DNA from: Eledone cirrhosa
Lineage: Eukaryota
Direction: 5' to 3'
DNA: 64,000 bases
NCBI GenBank assembly: GCA_964016885.1
Contig: OZ024742.1
Location: forward strand, 64,418,001 to 64,482,000
Shown here: in pieces, positions 25,482 to 36,764 of the stretch
Numbering within the stretch: the first letter of the stretch is position 1
How the letters are laid out: each line of letters begins with the position of its first letter
Notes under the pieces: generated by a model
Database searches by the model: none
Told to the model about the DNA's origin: nothing
The model's input: the letters and a program-made list of their open reading frames with translations, nothing else
Made by a program: the position numbers and the translations under genes

Positions 25482-25846
25482 TATTTAATAATTGTCTATT
25501 ACCCGTTTCAGCATTTTATGCATTATCAAAGGGGGGAATTTGTATTGGTGTAAAATGTTGGAGAGAAAATGATGTGGTGTTGAACATGTTAAGGAAATGG
25601 GGAAGAAAGAATAATATTATTTGCAAACAAGGTTTTTGAAGAAAAAAGAAAAAAGAAAAAAGAAAAAAGAAAAAAAGAAAAAAGGAAAAAGAAAAAAGAA
25701 AAAAGAAAAAAGGAAAAAGGAAAAAGAAAAAAAATGTTCCTTAACATGTTCAACATCATTTTCTCTCCAACATTTTGCACCAATACAAATTCCCCCCTTT
25801 GATAATGCATAAAATGCTGAAACCGGTAATAGACAATTATTAAATA
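25482..25846. repeat. Inverted repeat (about 110-bp arms) around an A-rich (GAAAAAA)n spacer
   Basis: 25482-25596 is largely reverse-complementary to 25737-25846. Confidence 0.9.
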
Positions 25847-25991
25847 AATAAATTAATTAATTAACTAATACCTTAACACTTCAGACAAAGTAAAATATTT
25901 TGTTTTAAACATTTTCTAACCCAGAAACTAGAGAAAAAAATAAAGGGAAAAAAAAAAATTTTCTTCCTAATAATCGTCTTTTTCTCCCTAT

Positions 25992-26030
<39 letters not shown>

Positions 26031-26031
<1 letters not shown>

Positions 26032-26749
26032 TATAAAGTATGTCCATGTAATCATTTGATAATATATATAATATATATACACCATTTCCTCTCCCAATTA
26101 GCATAATCAACCACACAAAAAATCAAGTAAACCAGGCTATAAGATTAAAAGGCACCTATGAAGAAATAGTAGATAAATAAACGACAGCAATTTATTCGCG
26201 ATCAACCGCTATAGAATATTTACCCAACATTTCAATACCACGTGGAAATCGATTAAATATACTGTCAACCATACACAATTAGGTATAAAATTAAAGTTAG
26301 AAGAAAAAATGCATATACACATACCAGGATTACGTTTCTACCCTTAGGGTTTCGTTCGCTTTCGGAAATATCCTATCAAGGATAAAATCTCGAGCTTCGA
26401 ACTCATCAGGAAATAAACTCATTTGGACAAAGAATTTTCTTAAGTGATCCCCACCAGAAACGAATTCAAAATGGCTAAGAACTGTGACGTGGCAGTGGTC
26501 AAGTCAGAAAGAATGTGATTGGTGGCTTACGGCGAGTGGGCTGGTTGCTAGAAAGCGCAGCCCAATATTTCCCAAATTGCATCTCAACCTTATGGGAGAT
26601 TATCAAATATAAAGATTTACATATACACAAACTAGACAAAGTCACAGATATATATGTTTTGGCAACCATTCACGGTGTGGTTCAATGATGAATTAATAAA
26701 TTAAATAATCAGAGCAATATACTATAAAGTATGTCCATAGAATCATTTG

Positions 26750-26760
<11 letters not shown>
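26031..26760 (-). mobile_element. Hammerhead-containing non-coding unit (retrozyme/PLE pLTR-like) with about 40-bp terminal direct repeat, period 691 bp
   Basis: CTATAAAGTATGTCCAT..AATCATTTGATAATATATA at 26031 and 26722; hammerhead inside; flanked by (TA)n. Confidence 0.6.
26335..26413 (-). ncRNA. Canonical type I hammerhead ribozyme
   Basis: - strand: TTTC-CTGATGA-GTTCG-(loop with ATCCT/AGGAT hairpin)-CGAAC-GAA-ACCC-TAA-GGGT-A^GAAA; intact core, all three stems Watson-Crick, GUA cleavage between 26339 and 26338. Confidence 0.85.
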
Positions 26761-26787
<27 letters not shown>

Positions 26788-26788
<1 letters not shown>

Positions 26789-27013
26789 GAGGCACATGGC
26801 TTAGTGGTTAGAGCATTGGCCTTGCAATCGAAAGGTCCCTATCATTCCACTGCAAAGTGGTCGTGGAGGTGCCACGGCAAAAAAAGCACCCAGCACTCAC
26901 TGTAAATGAGGTTGGTGTTAGGAAGGGCATCCAGCTGTAGAAATCAAGCCAGAATCAGTTCCCGTACCACCCTTGCAAGCAGGGAAAAGCGGACGTAAAA
27001 TGATGATGATGAT
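26788..27013 (+). mobile_element. CORE-like SINE with internal deletion (B-box and CORE lost)
   Basis: Same head and tail as 27609-27955, joined at GAAAGGT/GGGGTCCC microhomology (GGT). Confidence 0.85.
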
Positions 27014-27165
27014 ACATATATATATGCATACCTCGCCTATCTCATGGTAGCATGGATAATGGACATTAAATGGTGATGATAATGATATATATATATATAT
27101 ATACTTTGTTTTTTAATTGTTTTGCAAGATTTCTTAGCTGAAAACGTGTGTTGAAACAGATATTG

Positions 27166-27595
27166 TTATACTTTGGGAGGGTCAGGCTGCCAATAAAAAT
27201 ACATACATCTGTTGGTTTTCACTTCAATTTATTATACATTTTCCATTGGTTGGTTGGTTCAATAACCGGATGGTTGTTTATATATTGTCAAAGCTCTTTC
27301 GTCACACATTCTGTGACCTCCTCAGTGACTGGGTTTTTATTTTGTGTCTCTCCTTTGTTCTGTCCTACATTATCAAAAACAAGATGGCATAGGACAGAAC
27401 AAAGGAGAGACACAAAATAAAAACCCAGTCACTAAGGAGGTCACAGAATGTGTGACGAAAGAGCTTTGACAATATATAAACAACCATCCGGTTATCGAAC
27501 CAACCAACCAACCAGCCGGAAATTTATAATAAATTGAAATGAAAACTAACCAGTGCATGTGTTTTTATTGACAGCATGACCCTCCCAAAGTATAA
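27166..27595. repeat. Inverted repeat, about 200-bp arms, 22-nt spacer
   Basis: 27166-27367 is reverse-complementary to 27390-27595; inner part nearly perfect, outer part diverged. Confidence 0.93.
27287..27329 (-). ncRNA. Minimal type I hammerhead motif (mirror copy 27428-27470 on + has core mutated to CTAAGGA)
   Basis: GTCA-CTGAGGA-G-GTCAC-AGAATGT-GTGAC-GAA-AGAGCT-T-TGAC; one unpaired G before stem II; CUU triplet. Confidence 0.6.
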
Positions 27596-27608
27596 ATATA
27601 TATATATA

Positions 27609-27955
27609 TGGAGGCACATGGCTTAGTGGTTAGAGCATTGGCCTTGCAATCGAAAGGTTGTGAGTTCAATTCTCAGACCGGGTGATGTGTTGTTTCCTTG
27701 AGCAAGACACTTTATTTCACATTGCTCCAGTTTACTCAGCTGTAGAAATGAGATGATAGGGACTGGGGTCCCTATCATTCCACTGTAAAGTGGTTGTGGA
27801 GGTGCCACGGCAAAAAAGCACCCAGCACTCACTGTAAATGAGGTTGGTGTTAGGAAGGGCATCCAGCTGTAGAAATCAGCCAGAATCAGTTCCCGTCCCA
27901 CCCTTGCAAGCAGGGAAAAGCGGACGTAAAATGAAATGATGATGAATGATGATGA
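27609..27955 (+). mobile_element. tRNA-derived CORE-like SINE with RTE-type tail
   Basis: Near-identical to 12534-12874. Confidence 0.9.
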
Positions 27956-27959
27956 TATA

Positions 27960-29168
27960 ACTTGGAAGCAGGGACTAGAAAGAAAGGGTCTCAAAGTCAA
28001 CATGACAAAGAGTAAGGTCCTTGTAAGTAGATGAGAAAACAGAACCCAGATCCCCTCAGGGAAATGGCCTTGCTCAGTATGTAGGAAAGGTGTAGGTAGG
28101 AACTCCATTCTCTGCCCCAAATGCAAACAATGGGTACACAAGAGATGTAGCGGGATCTCAGGAAGCTTAATTAAGAATGTAGGCTTCACATGCAGCAGCT
28201 GTGCTGAGACAGCAAGCAGCAAACAGCCACAGGAAACAAGTACCACCAATCTCTGGGAGGGCTCTGTAGAAACAGTAGACAGCTTCTGCTACCTAGGTGA
28301 CCGAATTAGCAGTGGAGGTGGGTGTTCAGAAAGTACAATAACTAGGGTAAGAACAGGATGGAAGAAGTTTAGGGAACTACTACCACTGCTAGCTGCAAAA
28401 GGCTTCTCCCTCAGAATGAAAGGCAGACTGTATGATGCGTGTATCCGAACAGCAATGTTACATGGTAGTGAGACCTGGGCGCTGAAGGTGGAAGACTTAC
28501 GTAGATTAGAAAGAAACGAAGCCTGCATGCTCCGATGGATGTGTAACAGTAATATACGTAAACGACAAAGCATAAATGAATTGAGAGAGAGACTGAGCAT
28601 AAGAGGAATCAAATGCTGTGTGCAGGAGAGGCGGTTGCGCTGGTATGGACATGTGATGCGTATGAAGGATGACAGCTGCATAAAAAGGTGCAGAGCACTA
28701 GAAGTTGATGGAAACCACGGAGTGGGGAGACCCAAGATGACCTGGGATGAGGTGATAAAAGCCGACCTTACCCAATTACACCTCTCAAAGGCAATGACAC
28801 ATGACCGTGACTTCTGGCGTCACGCAGTAATACAGAGTACCCGACCTCCCATGGGTACAAGCTGAAGCATATAGACAATATGCCCTCACATCCCCAACCG
28901 CAAGGTGGTCGTGGAGGTGCCACGGCAAAAAAGCACCCAGCCCACACTGTAAAGTGGACGTGTAGGCGCCACGAAAAAGCACCCAGCACTCACTGTAAAT
29001 GAGGTTGGTGTTAGGAAGGGCATCCAGCTGTAGAAATCAAGCCAAATCAGTTCCTGTATGAGCAAGGCATGGTCAGCCGACCAGACACTGCCCACAACAG
29101 GACAACCCGTCTAACCCATGCTAGCGTGGAAGAACGGACGTAAAAACAGTGATGATGATGATGATGAT
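27960..29168 (+). mobile_element. 5'-truncated, relatively young RTE LINE with complete 3' UTR and (GAT)n tail
   Basis: ORF 28416-28865 (LYDACIRTAMLHGSETW...[13 protein letters not shown]...GRPKMTWDEVI...DRDFWR) followed by a UTR ending CCCATGCTAGCGTGGAAGAACGGACGTAAAA...(GAT)n. Confidence 0.95.
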
Positions 29169-30744
29169 AACTGAGAAACTCACTAGTGCTAGGGAGTTTG
29201 TCAGTCATTGATTCAACTCAAAAGCCCTCTCTTCCTTATGGGTGGTGGTGGTGGTGGCACTGGTTTTGGTGTTATTTGTGGTGGTGATGCTGGTGCTTGT
29301 GATGATAGTGATGGATGTGGAGGTGGTATTGGTGATGATGATGTTGTTGTGGTTATTGTTGTTGCTTACTGTGGTGCTAAATTTGTCTGTTTTCATTAGT
29401 ACATCAAACTTGCATATGCAACAAGCAGCCAGAATTAGTTCAGTGCAGATTAATAAAGTGCACCAGTCCTTAATATATACATACATACACACATATACAT
29501 ACACTTGCACACACATACACTCACACACACATACACACACACGCACACACACAGGCACGCGCGCGCACACACCGACACACACACACACAAACACACACAC
29601 ACGCACACACACACACACATATATATAGATAAATACCAAAGGTAAAAATATATATACAAAACACAAATGTATGTAGAGAATTTTTCCACGTATATATTTG
29701 ATTATATACACACACATATATATATAGCTCCAAAATTCTTTTGTTGATAAATCTAAATCATAAAAAAGTAAAATAAAATATAAACAACAGGATGTGTTTC
29801 ATTGTGTTTATCTTGGAAAGAATTGTTGTCATTATCTATTTATTTACTTATCTATCTATTTATTCAATTTTTATTTATTTTTATTGGTGTCTACTTTTAC
29901 CAAGCCTCCATTGTATAATTTTTGGGGGTTTCTTTTAAATTCAAAATTTATGCTTCTGCTATAATAATTGAAAAATAAAATATTTATATAACAGGGTAAT
30001 AGATTAAAAGATTTAAAAATTTAAAATATTCAGTACATGTAAGGATTTTCTAGCTTTTTAATATGATAATCTTAGTATATTTTAGTATTTTGTTAAAAGT
30101 GGTCTAAAATGTTATTAGAATTCTATTTAGAAGGAAATACATTAATTGATTTAATTATTCTCTGATGCTTATGTTTGAAACCAATTCATCAAAATAAGTA
30201 GCTATACCTTATGAAAGCTTTACTCCTCACTGGATTAGAGGCAACTGTATCATTTGGGAAGCCATATTTAGTGACTTGTTTGGTGCTGTCCACATCCTAG
30301 ATGTTATGGCAAAGTTGAAGGCTACTGTATCATCATCATCATCGTTTAACGTCTATCTTCCATGCTAGCATGGGTTAGACAGATTTGTCCCATTTGAAGC
30401 AAGTTGGGTTAGGTGACTGTGTCTCGTTCATATAGGACTTTTTCTGCAATAAAATAGAATAAAATTCTTTGGCCTTTCCCACATTCTAGATGTTGTGGCA
30501 AAGTTGAAGGCCACTGTATCTGCATCTAAACGGAATAATATTCTAAAATTCCAGAAATTATCAGAATTTTTTTGTTTGTTTTTCAGTTTGTATTCAAGAT
30601 GTTTCGGGGAGCTGGGTTGCTGAAAACAAAGTTGTTGATGACTTGTCTTACTAATATAGCAGGTGGTGCTTCCAGTAGGGTACTTAGTTATTTCAGTGTC
30701 TTAGCCTTGCTATAACCCACAGCAATGCTGCCATGCCCCCCCCC

Positions 30745-31160
30745 CCTTCTTCTTCTTCTTCGCTCACTTATTCCTTGGAGTAGAGTCCTCAAACATTCCT
30801 TCCAGTGGGTCCTGTCAGAAGCAGCCATCTGAAAGTGATCTGGCTGGATTCCCAAGTAAGACATGCCAAGCTCATGGATATTATCCAACCATCTTGCTTG
30901 GGGTCTACTCCCGGGTCTCCTGCTAGTTGCTTTTGCTTGTGAAATCTGTCCAGTGATTCTTTCCTGAGACATTCTAACCACATGCCCATAGAATTGGAGC
31001 TGTGATATCTCAATTCGGAGAAGTAGCGGCTCTACTTGGAGTGACTCTCTGATTTCCAAGTTAAGCACATAATCAAGTAACGTTACTCCAAAGACCCTTC
31101 AGAGGAATCCCATTTCGGCTGCTTGTATTTGTGATCATATTCTTTCATGGCTTACCTCAA
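30745..31160 (-). mobile_element. 3' fragment of a second RTE family with (GAA)n tail
   Basis: EIRESLQVEPLLLRIE.SQLQFYGHVVRM...RP.SRP.ARW; the same tail occurs at 16530-16598 and 55934-55995. Confidence 0.8.
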
Positions 31161-31579
31161 AAATTATGAGAGGGAAAATCCAGTGCCCCAAATTGTGATA
31201 TTTAATTCAGTGTGCTTGTTTTTTCCCACCTTTTTTCTGGTTTTTGTCTTATTTCTTTATTATTTTCTGATTAATTGGCTGTGTTGGACGTTACAGCAAA
31301 GTAAATTTCAACATCATTTATAAAAACAATGTCTTACATTTAAACATGGTTGGACTGACTCTATCACCACAGAGGCAGCCTCATGTAGAACATGAACTCA
31401 TATATCAGAGGTGGTGGAACTGCGGGGGAGGGGTCCATGGCCAACCCCCAATAATTATATTTTTCTCCTCAAACTACCAGAACACACATCTACTTGTATG
31501 TGCACTACAAGTTATGTACATATTATGTTTATCACATATCAAATTTTTTTTTATATGTATAATAATAATAATAATAATA

Positions 31580-32445
31580 ATTATGAAATATTGTGTACAG
31601 TGCTCAGGTGCACTACAACTCATCAAAAAGTGTATGTATAGTACATAGGGTAATGTACAAACGTCAGGAAAATGAACAGTGCGTGAGTCATGATATACAC
31701 ATGTGTGCATGTGTATGGAAGGGGTACATTAGGTGTAGTTTTGGCGTATTTCGGGAAGCATGAGTGTCTTAAAGGATGCAGTGTCCCAACAGCTAACAAC
31801 TGACGCAGGCAGTTTGTTCCATGCTTCAACAACTCTGAGCGTGAAAAAATGTTTCAGAAAGTCATGGGAGCTGTGCTGTTTTCTGATTTTGTAGGCATGT
31901 CCACGTGTGTTAGACACATGGAGATCAAAAAGGTACTCAGGGTTGTTGTTGGCGAGATGGTTAATAACCTTGTGGGTGTTTACCAAACCAAGTCCATTGC
32001 CAGACCTCGGAGCTTCAATGAATCCATGCCCAGAGAAGCAAGGCGTTCAGAGTATGGTAGGTGTCTGATGGAGGGTATGCGCTTGGTTGCACGTCTCTGA
32101 ACAGTTTCCAGGCGGTCAATGTTTTGAGCAAGATAGGGGTTCCAGACTGATGATGCGAATTCCAAGTGTGGTCGTACCATAGCTGTATACAGTTTTAAAT
32201 AGATGTCTGGAGAGCGGCTAACAAAGGTCTTGCTGAGTGATGCCAAGACACCCTCGGCCTTCTTGACAATCTTAGAGACATGCTTTGTCCAATGCAAATC
32301 GCTGCTGACAGTAATGCCCAGGTCACGTTCACAAGAGGACTTCTTGATATCAGTGTTGTGGAGGGAGTATGTGGACGTTGGATTTTCCCTCCGAAAATGC
32401 ATGGTGGTACACTTGTCCACAGCCAGCTTCAGTTGCCACTGGTTA
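31580..32445 (-). mobile_element. CR1/L2-group LINE 3' fragment
   Basis: KC..MHF, ERDLGITVSSDL, LYTAMVRPHLEFASSVWNPY, LETVQRRATK, TRGH.YK, WNKLP; (ATT)n tail. Confidence 0.92.
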
Positions 32446-32699
32446 ATATTTGATAATAACAGCTAAACTAATTACTATATCTAAATTGACCAAATTTCCC
32501 CCCCTTCCCCCCAATTCAGAAATGTTTCCACTGCCCCATTGTTTCCACTACATAGATACCACAGGCAATATTCCTAGGCTAATAACAGAAAACTCCACAA
32601 TAAACATTGAAAATATAAAATGAAAAAAAAACAAAACATTCTAATGAATGTAAAGTTGTGTATGTAGAAGTATGGCTGTTTTTATTATTTCTTAACTTT

Positions 32700-33302
32700 C
32701 ACCTGAAATATATCACCTGAGATATATCACCTGAAATATATCTCTAGAGGTATACCTGAGGTATATCACTTGAGATATATCACCTGAGATATATCACCTG
32801 AGGTATATAACCTGAGATATATCACCTGTGATATATCACTTGAGGTATATCACCTAGTGTATCCCTTGATATATCACCTGTAATATGCCACTGGAGGTAT
32901 ATCACTAGAGATATATCACCTGAGGTATACCACCTGAGATATATCACCTGATGTATACCACTTGAGGTATATCACCTGTGATATAAAACCTGTGATATAT
33001 AACCTGAGATATTTCACATATGGGATATCACTGGAGATATATAACCTGAGATATATAACCTAACCTGAAATATTCCACCTGAGGTATATCACCCGAGGTA
33101 TATCGCCTGAGGTATATCACCTGTGATATTCCACTTGAGGTATATCACCTGAGGTATATCACCTGAGGTATATCACCTAAGGTATATCACCTGTGATATT
33201 CCACTTGAGGTATATCACCTGAGGTATATCACCTGAGATATATCACATGGGGTATATCACCCGAGATATGTCATTGGAGGTATATCATATGAGGTATATC
33301 AC
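32700..33302. repeat. 14-bp minisatellite (CACCTGAGGTATAT)n, about 40 copies
   Basis: Direct periodicity. Confidence 0.92.
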
Positions 33303-33600
33303 ATTTATACACAAAACGTATAAATCTTGGAGTCATTATTAATACAAAATGAACATTTTACACTCGAATGTAAAACATAATTAAGATTAAATAAAATATA
33401 CAAGTATAAAATATTCAACCAATCAGAGATTATCAAAAAAAAAAAAATGAATAAATCACATCTTACCTATCTGGATCGAAGAGACAGTCAGGAAGTCAGC
33501 ACCCTGGCACCATTATTCAAGACTAACAAAGGTTTTTATTACCCATAAACAAAGATAAATTCTAAAGTAGATCATATCATATACAATCAGAACAAACAGT

Positions 33601-33829
33601 TTAACCCTTTAACATTTAAACTGGTCATATCTGGTCAGAATTCTCTCACCTCTTTCTGTTCAAACTGGATGTAACTGGTTGCTTATATTGATGTTAAGGT
33701 ATTGTTCTCAAAATAAATAACATCAAAATCGCATAGCTTTGATATTATGTAAGATGATTATGTGAAGTAAAACCTTTACCACAAAAATATAATAGTATAT
33801 ATAGAGTAATGTAAATGTTAAAGGGTTAA
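33601..33829. mobile_element. piggyBac-type MITE (family 1)
   Basis: TTAA|CCCTTTAACATTTA...TAAATGTTAAAGGG|TTAA: TIR plus TTAA TSD. Confidence 0.85.
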
Positions 33830-34047
33830 GTTTCTACAGTTTCAATGTAAAATCACACACCCCTTACTTTTACAAAAAATTACTTCTTCATGGCAAATAT
33901 ACCAAATTTACTTAAATGTCAAGCAAATAAATAAAAATGAAGATTAAATTAAATTAAATTCAGGCCATACACTTTCCAAACTAAACTGAAACCAGCCTCC
34001 CCAAAAATGTTTTGGATCTCTCTTAAATATGATAAACTTCTACTACC

Positions 34048-34263
34048 TTAACCCTTTAGCATTTAAACCAACCATATCTGGCCAGAATTCTCTCACCTCC
34101 TTCTGATCAGACCTATTCTAACTAGCCACTCATACCGCCATTAAGGTATTGTTCTCAAAATAAATAATATCAAAATCTCATAGATTTGATATTATGAGAG
34201 ATAAATCCTTTTCTGTTAAAATGCAATAGTAAATATAGAGTAATATGAATGCTTAAGAGTTAA
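34048..34263. mobile_element. piggyBac-type MITE (family 1)
   Basis: TTAACCCTTTAGCATT...AATGCTTAAGAGTTAA; homologous to 33601-33829. Confidence 0.8.
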
Positions 34264-34289
34264 AGCAAAAAAAAAAAGGACAGATCCTG

Positions 34290-35207
34290 AACACTATAGA
34301 TCTTTCCTGCAATCTGACCTGGACACAATGCAACAATAGATCATGGACTGGAAACTCAAGTTGGCTGTGGATAAGTTACCACCATGCATTTTGGGAGTAA
34401 AAACCCAGCATCCACATACTCCCTCCACAACACTAATATCAAGAAGTCTTCTTGTGAACGTGACCTGGGCATTACTGTCAGCAGTGATTTGCGTTGGACG
34501 AAGTACATCTCTAAAATTGTCAAGAAGACCGAGGGTGTCTTAGCATCACTCAGCAAGACCTTTGTCAGCCGCTGTCCAGCTATCTATTTAAAGCTGTATA
34601 TAGCTATGGTGCGGTCACACTTAGAATTTGCATCACCAGTCTGGAACCCCTATCTTGCTCAGAACATTGACCGTCTGGAAACTGTTCAGAGACGTGCAAC
34701 CAAGAGAATACCCTCCATCAGGCATCTACCATGCTCTAAACGCCTTGTTTCCCTGGGCATGGATACATTGAAGCTCCAACGTCTGGCAACTGACTTGATA
34801 AACACCCACAAAATTACTAACTATCTTGCCAACAACAACCCTGAGTACCTTTTTGATTTCCATGTGTCTAACACACGTGGGCATGCCTACAAAGTCAGAA
34901 AACAGCACAGCTCCCATGACTTTCGGAAACATTTTTTCATGCTCAGAGTTGCTGGAGCATGGAACAAACTACCTGCATCAGTTGTTAGCTGCCGAAACAC
35001 AGTATCCTTTAAAACCTCCATGCTTCCTGAGATTTGCCAACACTATACTTGATATCTCCCCTCCATACACATGCACACATGTATTTCATGACTCGTACAC
35101 TGTTCATTTTCCTGACATTTGAACATTATTCTATGTATCATACATGCACCTTTGATGAGTTGTTGTGCACCTGAGCACTGTACACAATAATTTCATTATT
35201 ATTATTA
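34290..35207 (+). mobile_element. CR1/L2-group LINE 3' fragment (same family as 31580-32445, opposite orientation)
   Basis: ORF 34384-35052 is open for 222 aa with the same motifs; (ATT)n tail. Confidence 0.92.
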
Positions 35208-35277
35208 TGTTAAATTTGAAAGTCCTATGCCTCTCATCTGTAAACTAGAAATAACTCCAAATTTTCCCCAAATCTCC

Positions 35278-35870
35278 CTATTTGCATCTAACTTGGTTAG
35301 AAAACACATTGTATCCTAAAGATATTGGGGCACAGCTAGATGCAAAGGGCATCCAAACCACCCTAAAGTTAAAGTCCTTAATCTTATTGTAGACCTTTGT
35401 AACTACCGTCTCGCTACCTATTTTGATAGTCACGTCTAAATAATTAAACTTGCTAGCTTCACATCTATTCCTATTTACCTCTAAACTCTTCAGATAGATC
35501 TTGTATAGCAAACCCTCAAAATGCCTATAATTAGGAACAAATACATCATTGATATACCTACAACATTCACCCAACTGCCTAATTAGGCCTATTCTTTTAA
35601 ATTTCCATAAACCTTCTATATAGTCAAACTTACAGGAGGATAAATATAAATCTGCCAGGAGTGAACTACAGTTCTCACCCATTGGCATGCCTCTGACCTG
35701 CCTGAAAACATTTCTTGTGAATGTAATGTAAGAACTATTTACTATAAACCAGACCACCTGTATGTACTTAAGGTTTATCCAATTAATGTATCCATTGTAC
35801 CTTACTCTAAACATGAAACCCTTGCCATTCTTGAAGGAAACATACTTGAATTTATTCCTGAAAACCATAC
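35278..35870 (-). mobile_element. Penelope-like RT fragment (second PLE lineage)
   Basis: FRQVRGMPMGENCSSLLADLYL, CCRYINDVF, FNYLDVTIKI, TKVYNK..DFNF. Confidence 0.85.
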
Positions 35871-35949
35871 ATATATCATCATCATCATTTTTATGTCCGC
35901 TTTTCCATGCTTTCTTCATTATCTCCTCTGTGAGTTCAGTGATTTGAGG

Positions 35950-36760
35950 TCAGCTCTCACCACCTCTGTCCAGGTCTTTCTTGGTCTACCTCTACTGCAG
36001 CTTCCTTCCACTGGGATTTCCTGGCACTTCTTCACCCAGCAATGATCATCCATGCACATCACATGTCCGTACCAACACAGTCTTCTCCCCTGCACACCAC
36101 TCAGATTCCTCTTAAACCCAGCTTCTCACTAAGCTAGTCCAACTTTGCCTTTCTCTCACACATACATTGCACATCCAACAAAGCATGACTACTTCATTTC
36201 TCTCCAGTCATTAAAGCCAAGAGACAGGCATGGAAAGACTGGAAAAATGGTGGTAGCACAGACTGGTACCAGGTAGCTGAGAGAGAAGCTAGATAACAGG
36301 TATACACAGCTCTGAGAGAGGCTAAAAAAAGAAAGTTTGCCAACATCTTGAGAAGTGAGGGTCAGAGACATGAAATGTTCCGCATTGCAAGGTAGTATGG
36401 CAAAGTGAATGGAGATGTTGTTGGGGAAAAGTGTGTTAGAATCAACGATGGCGTATTTAGCAACACTGATGTTCAAAAGAAAGAGGCCTGGAAATGTTAC
36501 TATGAGAGACTAATGAATGTAGAGAATAAATGGGTGGAAGAAAAACTACCCCTAACTTACCCAATAGAAAGACCAGTTATTGAAGTTGACAGTTGGTCAA
36601 CAAAGCAATCAAAGAGATGAAGAATGGTAAAGCTGTGGGACTGTCAGAGATAGTTGCTGAGATGCTAAAAGCAGTACAATGAAAGTGATGGAAAGAGTTA
36701 TAGCACAGATAATTAAGAAAAGAGTCAAATTATATGCATCGCATTTTGGTTTCATGTCTG
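35950..36760. mobile_element. Scrambled RTE fragments (35950-36190 on -, 36200-36760 on +)
   Basis: GRPRKTW on -; KEAWKCYYERLMNVEN on +. Confidence 0.7.
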
Positions 36761-36764
36761 GGAA

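Noticed and set aside
31407-32537. Possible hAT element (GAGGTGGTGGAAC...TTTCCACTGCCCC) hosting the CR1 insertion
   Set aside because: TIR match too degenerate and no TSD found
33467-33561. Possible - strand exon (TTTAG acceptor, ATAG|GTAAGA donor)
   Set aside because: Stops in all three frames; at most a non-coding exon, unsupported without transcripts
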